A stretch of DNA of 64,000 bases from Neophaeotheca triangularis (Eukaryota), in the NCBI GenBank assembly GCA_054600435.1, contig BAAIJX010000021.1:124001-188000 (forward strand), given 5' to 3'. The notes below the pieces were generated by a model, which searched no databases, was not told the DNA's origin, and saw only the letters and a program-made list of their open reading frames with translations. Below are positions 12,131-23,300 of the stretch, in pieces; within the stretch, counting starts at the first letter, position 1, and every line of letters begins with the position of its first letter. The translations under genes and the position numbers were made by a program.

Positions 12131-13617
12131 ATGCCCTGCGACAACCCCCAGCACAATCACATCTGGCCAACTTCTGGTAATCTGATAATCGAAAGATGCG
12201 AGGTATACTGTCAGTTCTGTGGACGACTTCCCCGCACTGGCGAGTACAAGTTCTGGTTACATGGATGGTGAGTTACATTCTTCTTCGTCAATTACCTCAG
12301 TGGCCTCCAGCTAATGTGTCACGCAGGCAACTCCGTCGTCACGTGTACCAAATCCATGAGAAGAAGAGGAAGATGCCCATTAAGTTGCAGGATGGTTGGA
12401 CCGGCGTCCAAGGAGGGACCAAAGATTGGGACATTCATCACGATGAGACCTCACCGAACTTTGTGGGCAAACGGTCGGGCAAGACTAGGAGGTCACCCAT
12501 CCGGCCTCGGAGACCGCCTCCCAAAGTGCGCAGCGACTTGCTTGAAAGACGTCGAGCCGGTCGTCACTCGGTTCCGTTTGTACCCAGGCTCGCACCGGTC
12601 TCGTGTCGTCCAGAGACAGTCGCGCGCTCCGCCCCTGGGTCTTTGGCTGGAGAGGCCAATGCCGTCAACACGGTCGAAGCCCATGAGCCGCTGGATCCAG
12701 TGGCCAACAACGCGAACGTCAACGACGATTCCAACAATCAGGGCCCCAACGACCAGAGCCCCGTCCTCGCACACATTGATCACAATGTGCCGTTGCCTGC
12801 CGCTGCTGGCTCAAACACCTATGGCTACGGCCTGGAAGACGCAGATGCCCAGCTTGGCGCAATGCTGACTCACCACAACAACCTTCACGAGCACGACAAC
12901 GGTGTCAGCAACAACGGCGGCAACGGTCAGGACAACTTCTACAACGGAAGCTACGACTATGGCTATACCAATGTGCAGGAGGACAACTACAACGCTCAGC
13001 TAGGCTACGACAACAACTCTTTTGGTCTAGGTCTCAACGATCAGGGGTATTATCAGGGCAGCTCCGCCTACAACAATGGTCCCTTGAACACCGACTACGC
13101 CTCGTACAACGACCATCAAGCATCGGTCAATGGGTACGGCGCACCAGTTGCCACTTACGTTGGCACGGGTTTGGCCCCGCCTGCTCCCAATCAGCAACCA
13201 GCCTTCCAGGCCCCAGGTTTTCCCGCTGCGACGAGCGCCTACGCACCTTACACCTACCCACCTTACCCCCAGCAGGCCGCGCAAGCCGCAAACAACTACG
13301 TGAACCCAACTTCACTCTCCCGGCTCTCGGACCAAGCTCCCACCGCGCCCAATGCGATGACCCATCCGCCAGCCATCCAGCAGCCCACGGCTCCAGCAGC
13401 CAACAACGTCAACCCGACTGCCTTCAACCAGACGGCACCAATGGGCTCGAACAACTTCCTCGCAAACACCACGTTCGACGACATCTTCGATCTGAACCCC
13501 ACCAACGACGACGAAGTCGACTTCGGCTTCGGCAACCCCGCTACTGCGCCTTCCGCCTTCAACGACGCCTTCTTCGGCGCTGAAACTCCCGAGAACGCTT
13601 GGGACTTCGACTTCTGA
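12131..13617 (+). CDS. Putative single-C2H2 zinc-finger transcription factor with N/Q/Y-rich low-complexity region and acidic-aromatic C-terminus
   Basis: ATG 12131; removing intron 12268-12326 (GTGAGT...CTAAT...CAG) joins YCQFCGRLPRTGEYKFWLHGW to QLRRHVYQIH in the frame of the 473-aa ORF. Confidence 0.7.
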
Positions 13618-14108
13618 AAGCCTCTTCTGCGACGGGTTTTCTTCTGCGACAACATCTCCACTCATCGACCGTGCCACGACATTCATCGTGGCTTGTTTTC
13701 CTTTCCTTTCTTTTTTCCGACTGTCAAATCCTTGGACTCAGCACTGCGCGCGACGTCTCTCCGTCGCCTTTAGCAATACGCCTATCTACTCAGCGAGGCG
13801 TTGGAGGCCTATTTTTCGCTTAGACGGAAGCGAGCCATGAGGTAGTCCTCATCGAAGAACGCAATGCATCACATAGCGAGGAACTTTTGTTTCGACATGG
13901 GAGATGCACATACTCAACAAGTTACCGAAGGCGCTGGTGGGATACCATGTAACGCTTTCATATGCGTTGGGGATGGCGCAGTAGCATGTGAAAGGGACAG
14001 AGCATAGCATATTTTAGAGTTTCATGAGTTTAACGAATTTAACGGCCTTTGCAAATTACAACTCTTTTCTACACTAAATTTACATTTCGTGTCGGCCTAT
14101 CGGCCTAC

Positions 14109-17100
14109 TCAATCTGTTCCTTTGAAGATAATCCTCCTCGTGCCCCCAACTTTACCCAGTTCGTCAAAACGTTTACTCTTGCCTTCTCCCGTCGTATGCT
14201 TCTCGCCGCTACCGCTGGCCTTTTTGGCTTTCTCAATCATGCCCTCGACCCAGCGGGCTTTCTGCTCGTTGAGCGCGCCGTTTGATTCGGCCGCCGAGGG
14301 ATCTTTGACACTCTGTCGGCTACCAGGGCGAGGCGTTGATGGGCGAGAGTTGCCGTATCGGGTGGGAAGAGGTTTCAGCGAAGGTGAGGTTGGTGAAGTC
14401 GGCGAAGTTGGCGAGGTAGGAGATGCGGCATCCGTTTCCCTGTTTGGGGTCCTCGTGGCCTCTACTTTGCTACCAGCTGGCATACGGTACTTGCTGACAT
14501 CGTTGACAACGGTGACGGGGCCACTAACCCGGCGTCCCGTCCCGCCTACAGCAGGGAGATCGGTGTTCACCTCCAACAAGCCTTCGGAGACGGTGCGACG
14601 GGGATGATGTTCAGCGTACTTGCGCAGATACTCGGCCAAATCTTCCCAACCGCCGCCCACTCTGACCATGACTCTTTCGCCTTCGCCGACGAGGCGTACA
14701 AACAGCTTGATCGGCTCATCACGCCCCGCTTGCGTGAGATGATAGAGTTTCACCTCGGGCTCGCTTGGCTTCGAGCGTCTGCTCGGCGTCTGCTCTGCGG
14801 GTACAATAGTCATGCCCTGCGATGTTCCAGCTCTTGCCAATGGGGGCTTGGGCCGAGGGCCAACGTAGCTACGAGGTTCAGCGGTACGAGAGCTACGCTC
14901 AGGCGTTTTGGCACCTGGACGGGACTTGAAGCGGATGCTAGAGGTGGAAGGGAGGCTCGAGAGAACCTCGCTGACATGACGATCAAAGGTGTCCTCGCCA
15001 GGCTTGAGAGGCGATTGCCTAGCCTTGCTCTTCGGAGGCGGCCCTTCAGGGGTCGGGGGAATCACAAAGGCTGACTGCTCGCTTTCCTCAGCGTTGACGT
15101 CGGGATTGTTCTTCACAGATCCCGCACTGGTCTCCACTTGCCGGCGCTTGGCCATTGCAACGTTGAGCGGTGCAGGTGGCATGATGGAACCTTTTTCTGT
15201 AGATGTGCTTTCGGCGCCAAAGTCAGGTGACTCGGAGCGCCTCGAGGACGAAGGGCTAGCACTTTCATCTCTGGACTGCACGATGCCTCGCAGTATGTCG
15301 CCGTTGTGCATGGCGCCAAAGTCCAGTGGTAGCGAGCCGCTATCCGAGTCGGCCCTGCCGTGATTGCTTGCGCAACTATAACCTAGCATATTGCTTGGCC
15401 CATTTCGTCCAGACCCAACGCCATGGGACCCAGACATGGATAGTCGGGGCGTCACAGTACCAGAGGCCGTAGAGCCAACGCTGTTAGCCCTGTGGACATC
15501 TATCTCCCTCAGTTCGGAGCGAGGGAAAGAGCCGATGCTGGCTATCGAGGCTCGTTTTACCGGACTAGGGCGGCCACTGCTACTTGCATGGTAGGAAGAC
15601 TCGCCTGAGGTTGGGTTCATTTGTCCGGAGTGCCTCATGGCCATCGGACTTACAGGTGAGGCGGTGCCCTGACGATATTCGTTAAGGGCGGTATGGCTGC
15701 TGGCGCGTGACACGACCGGTGAAACTTGAAAGGAATCCCGTGACATCGCGTCTCTTGGTTTCACGGGCGAAATGGCAGTATCGGTTGAGAGAGGTGTAGG
15801 TGCCTCCTCCTGTAGCACGTCGGCCCAAGACACATCCGGCTCCTCGAAAGACTCGGGCTTGTTCAGCGGCAAGTGAGGTGATCTTTCCCTTGCGACACTT
15901 TGCTCTGGAGACATGCTCGGCATCGAATCAAGCATGCCGTCATCCAAAGTCGGCACATTGGTTGGATTGTGCCAGCTTATTGACTGTCGCTTCCTTGGCC
16001 TGGCTTCTTCGCCGATGACTGCAACAGGCTCGACAGGTTCATAATCCCCTTCTTCCGGAGAAAAAGAATCAACGAACATGCTATGGAAAGTATCGCTCTC
16101 GAATGGTTTGCGAGGACTGTGTATCTCCGGGCTGCCATCAGAATCGTCAAAATCGTCAAAATATCCCCGAGTGGAGTCCATGGCGCGAGTGTGGGGCTCG
16201 TTCTCCTCAAGGGTATCTGCGCTTTTATCGTGTTCCCATTCCGGATTTTCTGCGTGCGATCGGCCGCGCTCTTCCCGCGGCTCACGTGATGTTGTGGTAG
16301 CTGGATTTGTCTCTTTATGCGAGACTAGCGGCCAATTTTCAGGAAAGGCGGGCTCTTTTGGTGAAGTCGATTGGCGTGTATGGCGTGATTGAAGCGATCG
16401 CGGTCTTGGGCAGTAGCTCTCTGGATTGCCTCGAGCGACTGTGGGCTGGGGTTCCTCAGGAGATTTCCTCCTCAAGTGCTGCGGCAACGGTGGCAGCTCC
16501 GGCGCATCAGCTGACGCCTGCCTTGTGTCTTTGACCGGAAAGACCACATTATTTGTATTCGTGCCGGCGGAACGACTTCTTCCTCGAACGACAGGAGGTC
16601 TCTCTATGCTGTTCGTAGAGCTTGGAAGACTCCTGCCGCCCCATACAACACTGTCCGCACCTGAGGACTTGGGGTTGAGGCTGCTCGTGCGACTGCGACT
16701 GCGGTTCTTCATACTTGACGCAGCTGAATTCCGGCCGCTACGCTCCGGAGACTTGGCCTTTTGGAAAAGTCTCGTAAACGCGTTGCTAGCGTGTTCGAAG
16801 GACCGAACGGGTGATCTACTCTGCAGCTGCAAGGAACTGTTGTTTTCTATGTTGCGGTTCAAGTATGCCGCGCTCTTTTTTATGTCGGATGAAGTAGCAT
16901 TTCCGTCAGGTTGTGGCGAAAGGTTGTTTCTTGCACCATTCGTGTCCGGCTCAGTGACAGAAGGTTCCACGGTCGTGTCATGTTCGTCCATGAAAGTCGT
17001 GGCAGATGCGAAGGCTTCAGGAGAGTACTGCTGTCCATCGCCATCGTGGAAAAGGACTATGGGTGTGTGCCGGCTGCGTTTAGAGGGACTCATTGTGCCA

Positions 17101-18545
17101 TTGCTGTATCTATTCGACAGTGTTCTCGCACGACTGCTCTGGTCAACATCATTTTGGGGTAGAGCCTGTAAATCTTCTCTTAGCAGCTCCACCGGGGCTT
17201 GAGGATCCATAGATTGCGTTCTTGTAGGGCTAGTGACTTCATGTGCAGGAGAGAATGTGTCGCTTCTTTCAGCCTCGGTGGGAGCAGGAATAGATGCAAT
17301 GGCGGGTTCCATTGGTGCATCCGTCCGACTGCCCTGGTGTGACGAATAGTCAGAACTGCTCATTCGCAAATTACCGCCCGCAAGTGCTGCACCAGTCGGC
17401 TGATTCGAAACGTCCTCCAAAGAGAGTTTCGCGACTCGCTGGTCCAGAGCCCCTTCCTTGGCCTGACTTGAACGGCGAGTTACGTTCTGGCGCCACTCGT
17501 TTTCGAGCGCCTTTCGCTCTGCTTGTACTACCCAGTCTCCGTAAGCAGCCTCCAGGCTTTCGAAATCATCGATCCAGGGTTCGGGTACTGTTTCCTCTCT
17601 GCCTTCGAGCTCATCAAGAAACCCATCCAGTCGCCTGCCCAGGCTCAAGACCTTGTGTTCTATCATACTCTGCATCTCAATCATGTTTCCTCTTCCAAAC
17701 GCAGCACTGGTGGATCCTGGGACTGACGAAGGCGCCACTGCTATTGCCGCCCAGCCATGATCTAAATCCGTTCTCGCCTCTTTCAAGTCCTCCAAATAGA
17801 CAGGCGCTGACCGCAGTATGCGCGCTCTTAGCGACCAGGCGTCAAGCAAATGAGTAACGCGGGACGCGTAAGGCAGAGCTTGAAGTATAGTTGCAGTCAC
17901 AATTGCTGTGAAATCATCCAATCTTCTCAGATCTGTTGCAGCAGCGATGATACCGATGCTATCGTCGATGGACGCCCTGTCCGAGTTGGCCTGGTTATGT
18001 GCCTTGAGCACGAACTCCTTCATCTCTTCCAAATCTATGTGTTCAAGCTCGTCACCAATCTCTTCTAGCCTTTGCTCATACTGCTGCACTGCAGTCGCCG
18101 GTAACGAGCCCCAGTATTGCTCTTCCTCGTGGTGGTCAAGTGCAGGAGATGCAAGACTTCCGTAACTCATGTATGACATGCGCATCTTTTTCCGAGAAGG
18201 CTCAGGTACGTCAAAAGTGCCTGGCCACTCCCAGCCTTCCAACTCGCGAGTCCAGGATCTGAGATGAAGGCATGCCTCAGCGGCTTTGATTCCCAGCGCC
18301 CTCTCGGAGTTGGAAACGTCATCGGTGCATTTTGCTATGATCTCCTCGTAGCTACCTGTAGGCAGACGAGTGTTGGAGGCGAATGCGCGCAAGGTGGTGG
18401 TTGGCGACAGATGGCGCAGTATGGGATCGTAGTCTCGGGGTTGGTAGGTTCGAAGCGGCGATCGCGAGGGGGAACGAGAGTGGAGGCGTCTTCTGGCAGA
18501 CGAGTCTAAGACGGGAGGGTTGAGGGCTGGGTTGGAGAGAGGCAT
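14109..18545 (-). CDS. Large low-complexity protein with a C-terminal GAR (GAS2-related) microtubule-binding domain
   Basis: Single long ORF with PIKLFVRLVGEGERVMVRVGGGWEDLAEYLRKY, the GAR signature; first ATG in the ORF is 18545 (MPLSNP). Confidence 0.88.
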   Translation of the reverse strand: MPLSNPALNPPVLDSSARRRLHSRSPSRSPLRTYQPRDYDPILRHLSPTTTLRAFASNTRLPTGSYEEIIAKCTDDVSNSERALGIKAAEACLHLRSWTRELEGWEWPGTFDVPEPSRKKMRMSYMSYGSLASPALDHHEEEQYWGSLPATAVQQYEQRLEEIGDELEHIDLEEMKEFVLKAHNQANSDRASIDDSIGIIAAATDLRRLDDFTAIVTATILQALPYASRVTHLLDAWSLRARILRSAPVYLEDLKEARTDLDHGWAAIAVAPSSVPGSTSAAFGRGNMIEMQSMIEHKVLSLGRRLDGFLDELEGREETVPEPWIDDFESLEAAYGDWVVQAERKALENEWRQNVTRRSSQAKEGALDQRVAKLSLEDVSNQPTGAALAGGNLRMSSSDYSSHQGSRTDAPMEPAIASIPAPTEAERSDTFSPAHEVTSPTRTQSMDPQAPVELLREDLQALPQNDVDQSSRARTLSNRYSNGTMSPSKRSRHTPIVLFHDGDGQQYSPEAFASATTFMDEHDTTVEPSVTEPDTNGARNNLSPQPDGNATSSDIKKSAAYLNRNIENNSSLQLQSRSPVRSFEHASNAFTRLFQKAKSPERSGRNSAASSMKNRSRSRTSSLNPKSSGADSVVWGGRSLPSSTNSIERPPVVRGRSRSAGTNTNNVVFPVKDTRQASADAPELPPLPQHLRRKSPEEPQPTVARGNPESYCPRPRSLQSRHTRQSTSPKEPAFPENWPLVSHKETNPATTTSREPREERGRSHAENPEWEHDKSADTLEENEPHTRAMDSTRGYFDDFDDSDGSPEIHSPRKPFESDTFHSMFVDSFSPEEGDYEPVEPVAVIGEEARPRKRQSISWHNPTNVPTLDDGMLDSMPSMSPEQSVARERSPHLPLNKPESFEEPDVSWADVLQEEAPTPLSTDTAISPVKPRDAMSRDSFQVSPVVSRASSHTALNEYRQGTASPVSPMAMRHSGQMNPTSGESSYHASSSGRPSPVKRASIASIGSFPRSELREIDVHRANSVGSTASGTVTPRLSMSGSHGVGSGRNGPSNMLGYSCASNHGRADSDSGSLPLDFGAMHNGDILRGIVQSRDESASPSSSRRSESPDFGAESTSTEKGSIMPPAPLNVAMAKRRQVETSAGSVKNNPDVNAEESEQSAFVIPPTPEGPPPKSKARQSPLKPGEDTFDRHVSEVLSSLPSTSSIRFKSRPGAKTPERSSRTAEPRSYVGPRPKPPLARAGTSQGMTIVPAEQTPSRRSKPSEPEVKLYHLTQAGRDEPIKLFVRLVGEGERVMVRVGGGWEDLAEYLRKYAEHHPRRTVSEGLLEVNTDLPAVGGTGRRVSGPVTVVNDVSKYRMPAGSKVEATRTPNRETDAASPTSPTSPTSPTSPSLKPLPTRYGNSRPSTPRPGSRQSVKDPSAAESNGALNEQKARWVEGMIEKAKKASGSGEKHTTGEGKSKRFDELGKVGGTRRIIFKGTD

Positions 18546-19138
18546 GATGGAGGAGGAGAAGGAGGCGAGGGGATAGCGCAGGTGGGCGGTCGATGGGCTA
18601 TTCGAGTATTCGGTATTGGCGAGCAATTAGTGGACGGTGGTCAAGAGCGAAAAGAACGTCATGTTGGGGAACAGAGCGTTTAACGAGCGATCAGGTTGGA
18701 GGGGTCGGCAGGGTACCTAAGATATACACGGAGGTATAGTCTACAGAAGCGTTCTGCGTTCTCCCCCGGGCCGTTGCTGCTTGTGTGACGATTGATCCAT
18801 ATCGGAAAGGGAAATAGCACAAACGGTGCACGGGCAAGCTGGAGCAAGCATAGTTAATCATAAGATAACTTAGATAAGATACCTTGTGGGTAAAGTCAAT
18901 CTCGCAGAAGCCGTGGGGAGGGGACGTGTTGCAGATTTAGATGCGTCCATCATGCAGGCCCTAACTCTACTATACACGACTCGCCCACGCCTTACTATTA
19001 CACATAAGGTACCTAGCCATCCGCACTCCTTGAAATACCACCTCAACTACTACTTCTTCTGTAACACACGCAGTCATCGGCTTCACGTCACCAAATAGCT
19101 ACTAGCCATCTCCGTCGCAGCGGCCAGTCCCTGCTACA

Positions 19139-19884
19139 ATGGCAGACACTGCTGTAGCCAAAGATGTCGCGGCAAAAGAGCGAATTATCCGGCACATGAA
19201 CAACGACCATCATGATTCCGTGAGCAGTGACCCCCTCCCCCTCTTCGTTCTCCCCTACAATGGTGCGAGGCTGACAAGACTTGTCCCCAGATTCTGCGCT
19301 ATCTGCAACATTACTGCCAGCTGTCATCCTGGACCGCCTTCGACTCGCACATGACCGACGTGGACCTGAGCGCCATGAAGTTCGCTTGTAGTGGCAAGAC
19401 TTACTCGATTCCCTTCGAGCCCCCTCTCGGCTCTATGCGGGAGATTCGGGAGCGTGTTGTTGCCATGGACCAGGACTGCCATGCGGCTCTTGGAACCTCG
19501 CCCGTCACGGTCAACGAGTACGTTCCGCCCACAGTCAGCTCCTTCTACATGGCGGAATTCTCCATCGTCGTCGCCACATTCATCATTAATGGCCAGCGCC
19601 GGCTGTTTGAGCAAGGAGGATTGGTGGAGTCTCTGCTGGGCACTGCCTTCGCAAAGTTGTCCTGGCAGATTGCCCCCTACGTTTTCTGGGGGTTGCTTGG
19701 GGTTCACGGCGTGGAGGTGGTTTTATTTTCGCAGTCAAGGTTGGCCAAGCATGGGGTCAATATCAGAACGCCATGTTGGTGGAAGTGGGCTATAACTTTC
19801 CTGATTGAGGGTGTCTTCGGTGTCAGGCGGTTTGATGATTTAGTGCAGGCAAAGAAAGCGGAGCGAGAGAAAGCGAAGCATTGA
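19139..19884 (+). CDS. DUF2470 domain membrane protein
   Basis: KERIIRHMNNDHHDS|ILRYLQHY (intron 19220-19290)...IPFEPPLGSMREIRERVVAM, then hydrophobic segments and WWKW...EG. Confidence 0.85.
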
Positions 19885-20395
19885 AGCGACAGAGTCAAAA
19901 AATCGCCCTCTTCACGTGGCGGGGGGGATACATTTTGCACGACCTGCGTAGGTGTTAAATGCTGATCCACAGCAACGTACTGTGTACTGTGCAGTGTGTA
20001 TACCTACTCTACGCATGCCCAGGTGGTCGCTTTGTTGGAAGAGTTGATGTGCAGTCACGTGTCAGCGCTTGTTCCCGCATCTCATTCGGCCGCTTATCTC
20101 CGTCTCCGCCTCTACATCTGGCTTCAAGGTTGCAGGTGCAGGTGCTTCCGTGTGCCTGCGGTGTACTAGCACCTTCACTTTTACTAGGTAGCCATCTTGC
20201 GCCCTTCGAAGTCCTTGATATAAGTGACAGAGACAACACAGGTATCTATCTACTAAGAACGTCAAGGTGACAAGACTGCATTGCATTGCATTGCATCATC
20301 ACCATCTACCGAAACGCGGACCTTTTGCCTGGGTTGCTGCATCTCGAACCGGTGTCTTGCCGCGACTCTACGCTGATGATGGAACCATAGCCAAT

Positions 20396-23300
20396 ATGGA
20401 CGACACGGCCACTCCTATTGGATCAGTTCTCACACGAGATTCGTCTTCAAGCGAAACCCAAGTCGCAACAGGCTCAGCGTCCAACCTGAGCGGTTCGCCA
20501 CCAGACGGCTCCTCTCCTGAGCTGCAGGAGAGCAACGCCTCATCTTCCTCGAGAACGTCCATTTCGACCCCTGATACTTCTGTGGTCAAGACCAAGAGCC
20601 ATGTTCACAATGTGTTAGACGATGCGCATGCGCTAGTCTCTGATCTCAGCAATTACCTTGCGCTAGGATGTCTCTGCTTTGAAGATTTCGTCAACACGGA
20701 CGGTGATGGCAAGGTCGACCAATGGCAGGAAGTCGTTCATCCGGAGGTTTTGCTTGCGGTTGACGGCGGTCTGGGAGCGCACATCGCAAGACTCATCTCG
20801 TACCGATGGATACGCATGCAAATGGGTCGCAGCGAGACCGACGAGCACACGTTGATTTTCCGGGTTTATGTCTTGCCTGGAGACGTTGGACTCCGATTCA
20901 TTGACCGCCATAATCGCAGATTATATGCTGACCTCGAACATTTGATCGCCGAAATCGACACCAGCCAGGAAACATGGGCCGGACGTCCCGGCAATACTCG
21001 CAAATTCGACATCTGGGCGACAAGGGATGAAGGCTCGCTGTTCTACATGTTCAATAAGCTCCCTTCTCCGGCACCGTCGATTGAGATAGTAAAGGAGAAG
21101 TACACACGCGAAGCTCTAGAAGACTTGTTAGATCCTGCATCCGTACTGCCTGGTCTTCGGACAGAGCTGTACCCATACCAACGAAGATCTGCAGGCTTGA
21201 TGTTACAGCGCGAATTCACTTCGGAGTTGATGCTGGACCCACGCCTAGAATCCAGAACAGCACCCGATGGTAGTACGTACTATTATGGTCCGAGGGACTT
21301 GCTTTTTCTGCGATCACCCCGGCACTACGAAGCCTGTAGTGGGGGCATCCTCGGCGAGACGATGGGTTTAGGCAAGACGGTAATTTGTCTTGCTGCCGTG
21401 TTGGCGACCAAGCATCATTTGCCGAAAATCCCTTCGCCGTACCAGACTTCTCGAGTTCGTAACCAAGGGGCTGCGAGTCTTTCGGACACCGTCGTTGCCT
21501 CTATCAATCGGAAATCGATTCCTTGGAAGGTCGAGTTTGAGCGCATACGCCACGCATCTGGTCAAGATATGACGGCTTGCATCAAGCGGTTGGAAGCCGA
21601 GCCACCTACCTATGAAATACCAGTCGAACCTATGAGGTGGAATCGCAAGACGACGCTGCCTCCTCCTACACGCATGATGTTGGCTGCTACTACACTTGTT
21701 GTGGTACCGCGAAACCTTTGCAAGCAATGGCACTCTGAAATAAGGAAACACATAGAAGAAGATGCCTTACGCATACTTGTGATGGAGGAACTCCGATCTG
21801 TCCTACCGCCGCCTACTGAACTCCGCTCGTACGATCTTGTCCTGTTCAGTCGTAACCGATTCGAACAGGAGATCAAGGATGGCTCCGACGACGAAGGGCG
21901 ACGTATTGCGCCGGTACAAGCAAAGGCTATGTGCCAATGTCCGTACATCGGCGCCAGTAGGGTTCGAGACTGCCGTTGTGTTCGAGAGGACCTGCTTTAC
22001 GATTCGCCTTTGAAACACCTACATTTCAAGCGCCTGATCATTGACGAGGGCCATTTTTTCTCGGCTACCAACACCACGGCAGTCACAGTGGCCAACAAGC
22101 TCGTCAAAGCAGATCATCGATGGGTTGTTTCCGGAACACCAGCGAAGGACTTACTGGGTGTAGAAGTTGACATGTCCTCGGCCAGCGCGTGGCAGACGCC
22201 GGATCTCCCAGGGGATCGAGACGCAGCGCTCGAGGGTAGACGCAATTTCAGCGTCAAAGAGGACACTAATGGCGCCATCAAGAGCTTAGGGGCGCTTGCA
22301 TGCAACTTTCTCCAAGTCCGTCCTTGGTGTGCGTCGGATTCAGAGCGCCCGCTAGTCTGGGACGATTGCATCTATCGTCATGAAGATGCTCGAAAGCGAA
22401 CCTATTCCGGCTTCTCGATCTCTTTGCGGAAAACTCTAGAAGCAATGGTCGTGAAAACGCAGCCTCAAGATGTGGAGCGTGACATTGAGCTACCACCTCT
22501 GAGCCACGAAGTTGTGTACCTTGAACCGTCCTACTACGACAAGCTGTCCGCCAACCTCTTCACGCTAGTCTTGACCGCCAATGCTGTAACATCGGAGCGC
22601 ACTGATGCCGATTACCTCTTCCACAAGAACAGCGCCAAAGCTCGATACCAGCTAGTCACGAACCTCCGACAAAGCGCTTTTTTCTGGACGGGATTTAGCG
22701 AGGCAGATATACAAGCCTCGTGCGACAATGGCCAGCGTTACCTCGACAAGGACAAAGAGCAAACAAGATGCAGTGACGAGGACCGTGGGCTCATGACTAC
22801 AGCCATGCAAGGCGCACGTTCGATATTCAATTCCCAGGGCTGGAAGGCCATGAGTAAGTCCCACGAGATTGGCCTCTTCGTGGAAGATTGGCCGCCGGAG
22901 TCTGCTGAGTTCTGGGCATTCAGCGAGCCACATCAGCCGTTACTCACTGGAGTCTCGCAACTCTTGGAGGCACAGAAACACGTCAACAGCCGGTCTATGC
23001 AGGCTGATCCGGGCGAAGGACTAGGCGGGTTAGGGATTACTTCACTTGCACCCGCAAGATTACAGGGCGATTCTTCCCAAGACAAGGCAGTCCTCATCAA
23101 ATCTGGCATTCCGACCTCCAGCATAAATGGTGAGCCACCGAAGCGTAGAACCTCGTCTACAGACACGAGCAGAAGTCCTCAGAAGCAGTTACCCTTCACC
23201 GTCAAGAAACCTACCACGTCTGTAGGCCATAGGCAGACGCCCCAGAAATGCAAGACAACATCGATAGAAGAGGCCAGCACTTTGCACAATTCAGCGGAAC

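Noticed and set aside
14089..18509. Multiple plus-strand ORFs within the GAR-protein gene
   Set aside because: Antisense shadows of a long Ser/Pro-rich CDS.
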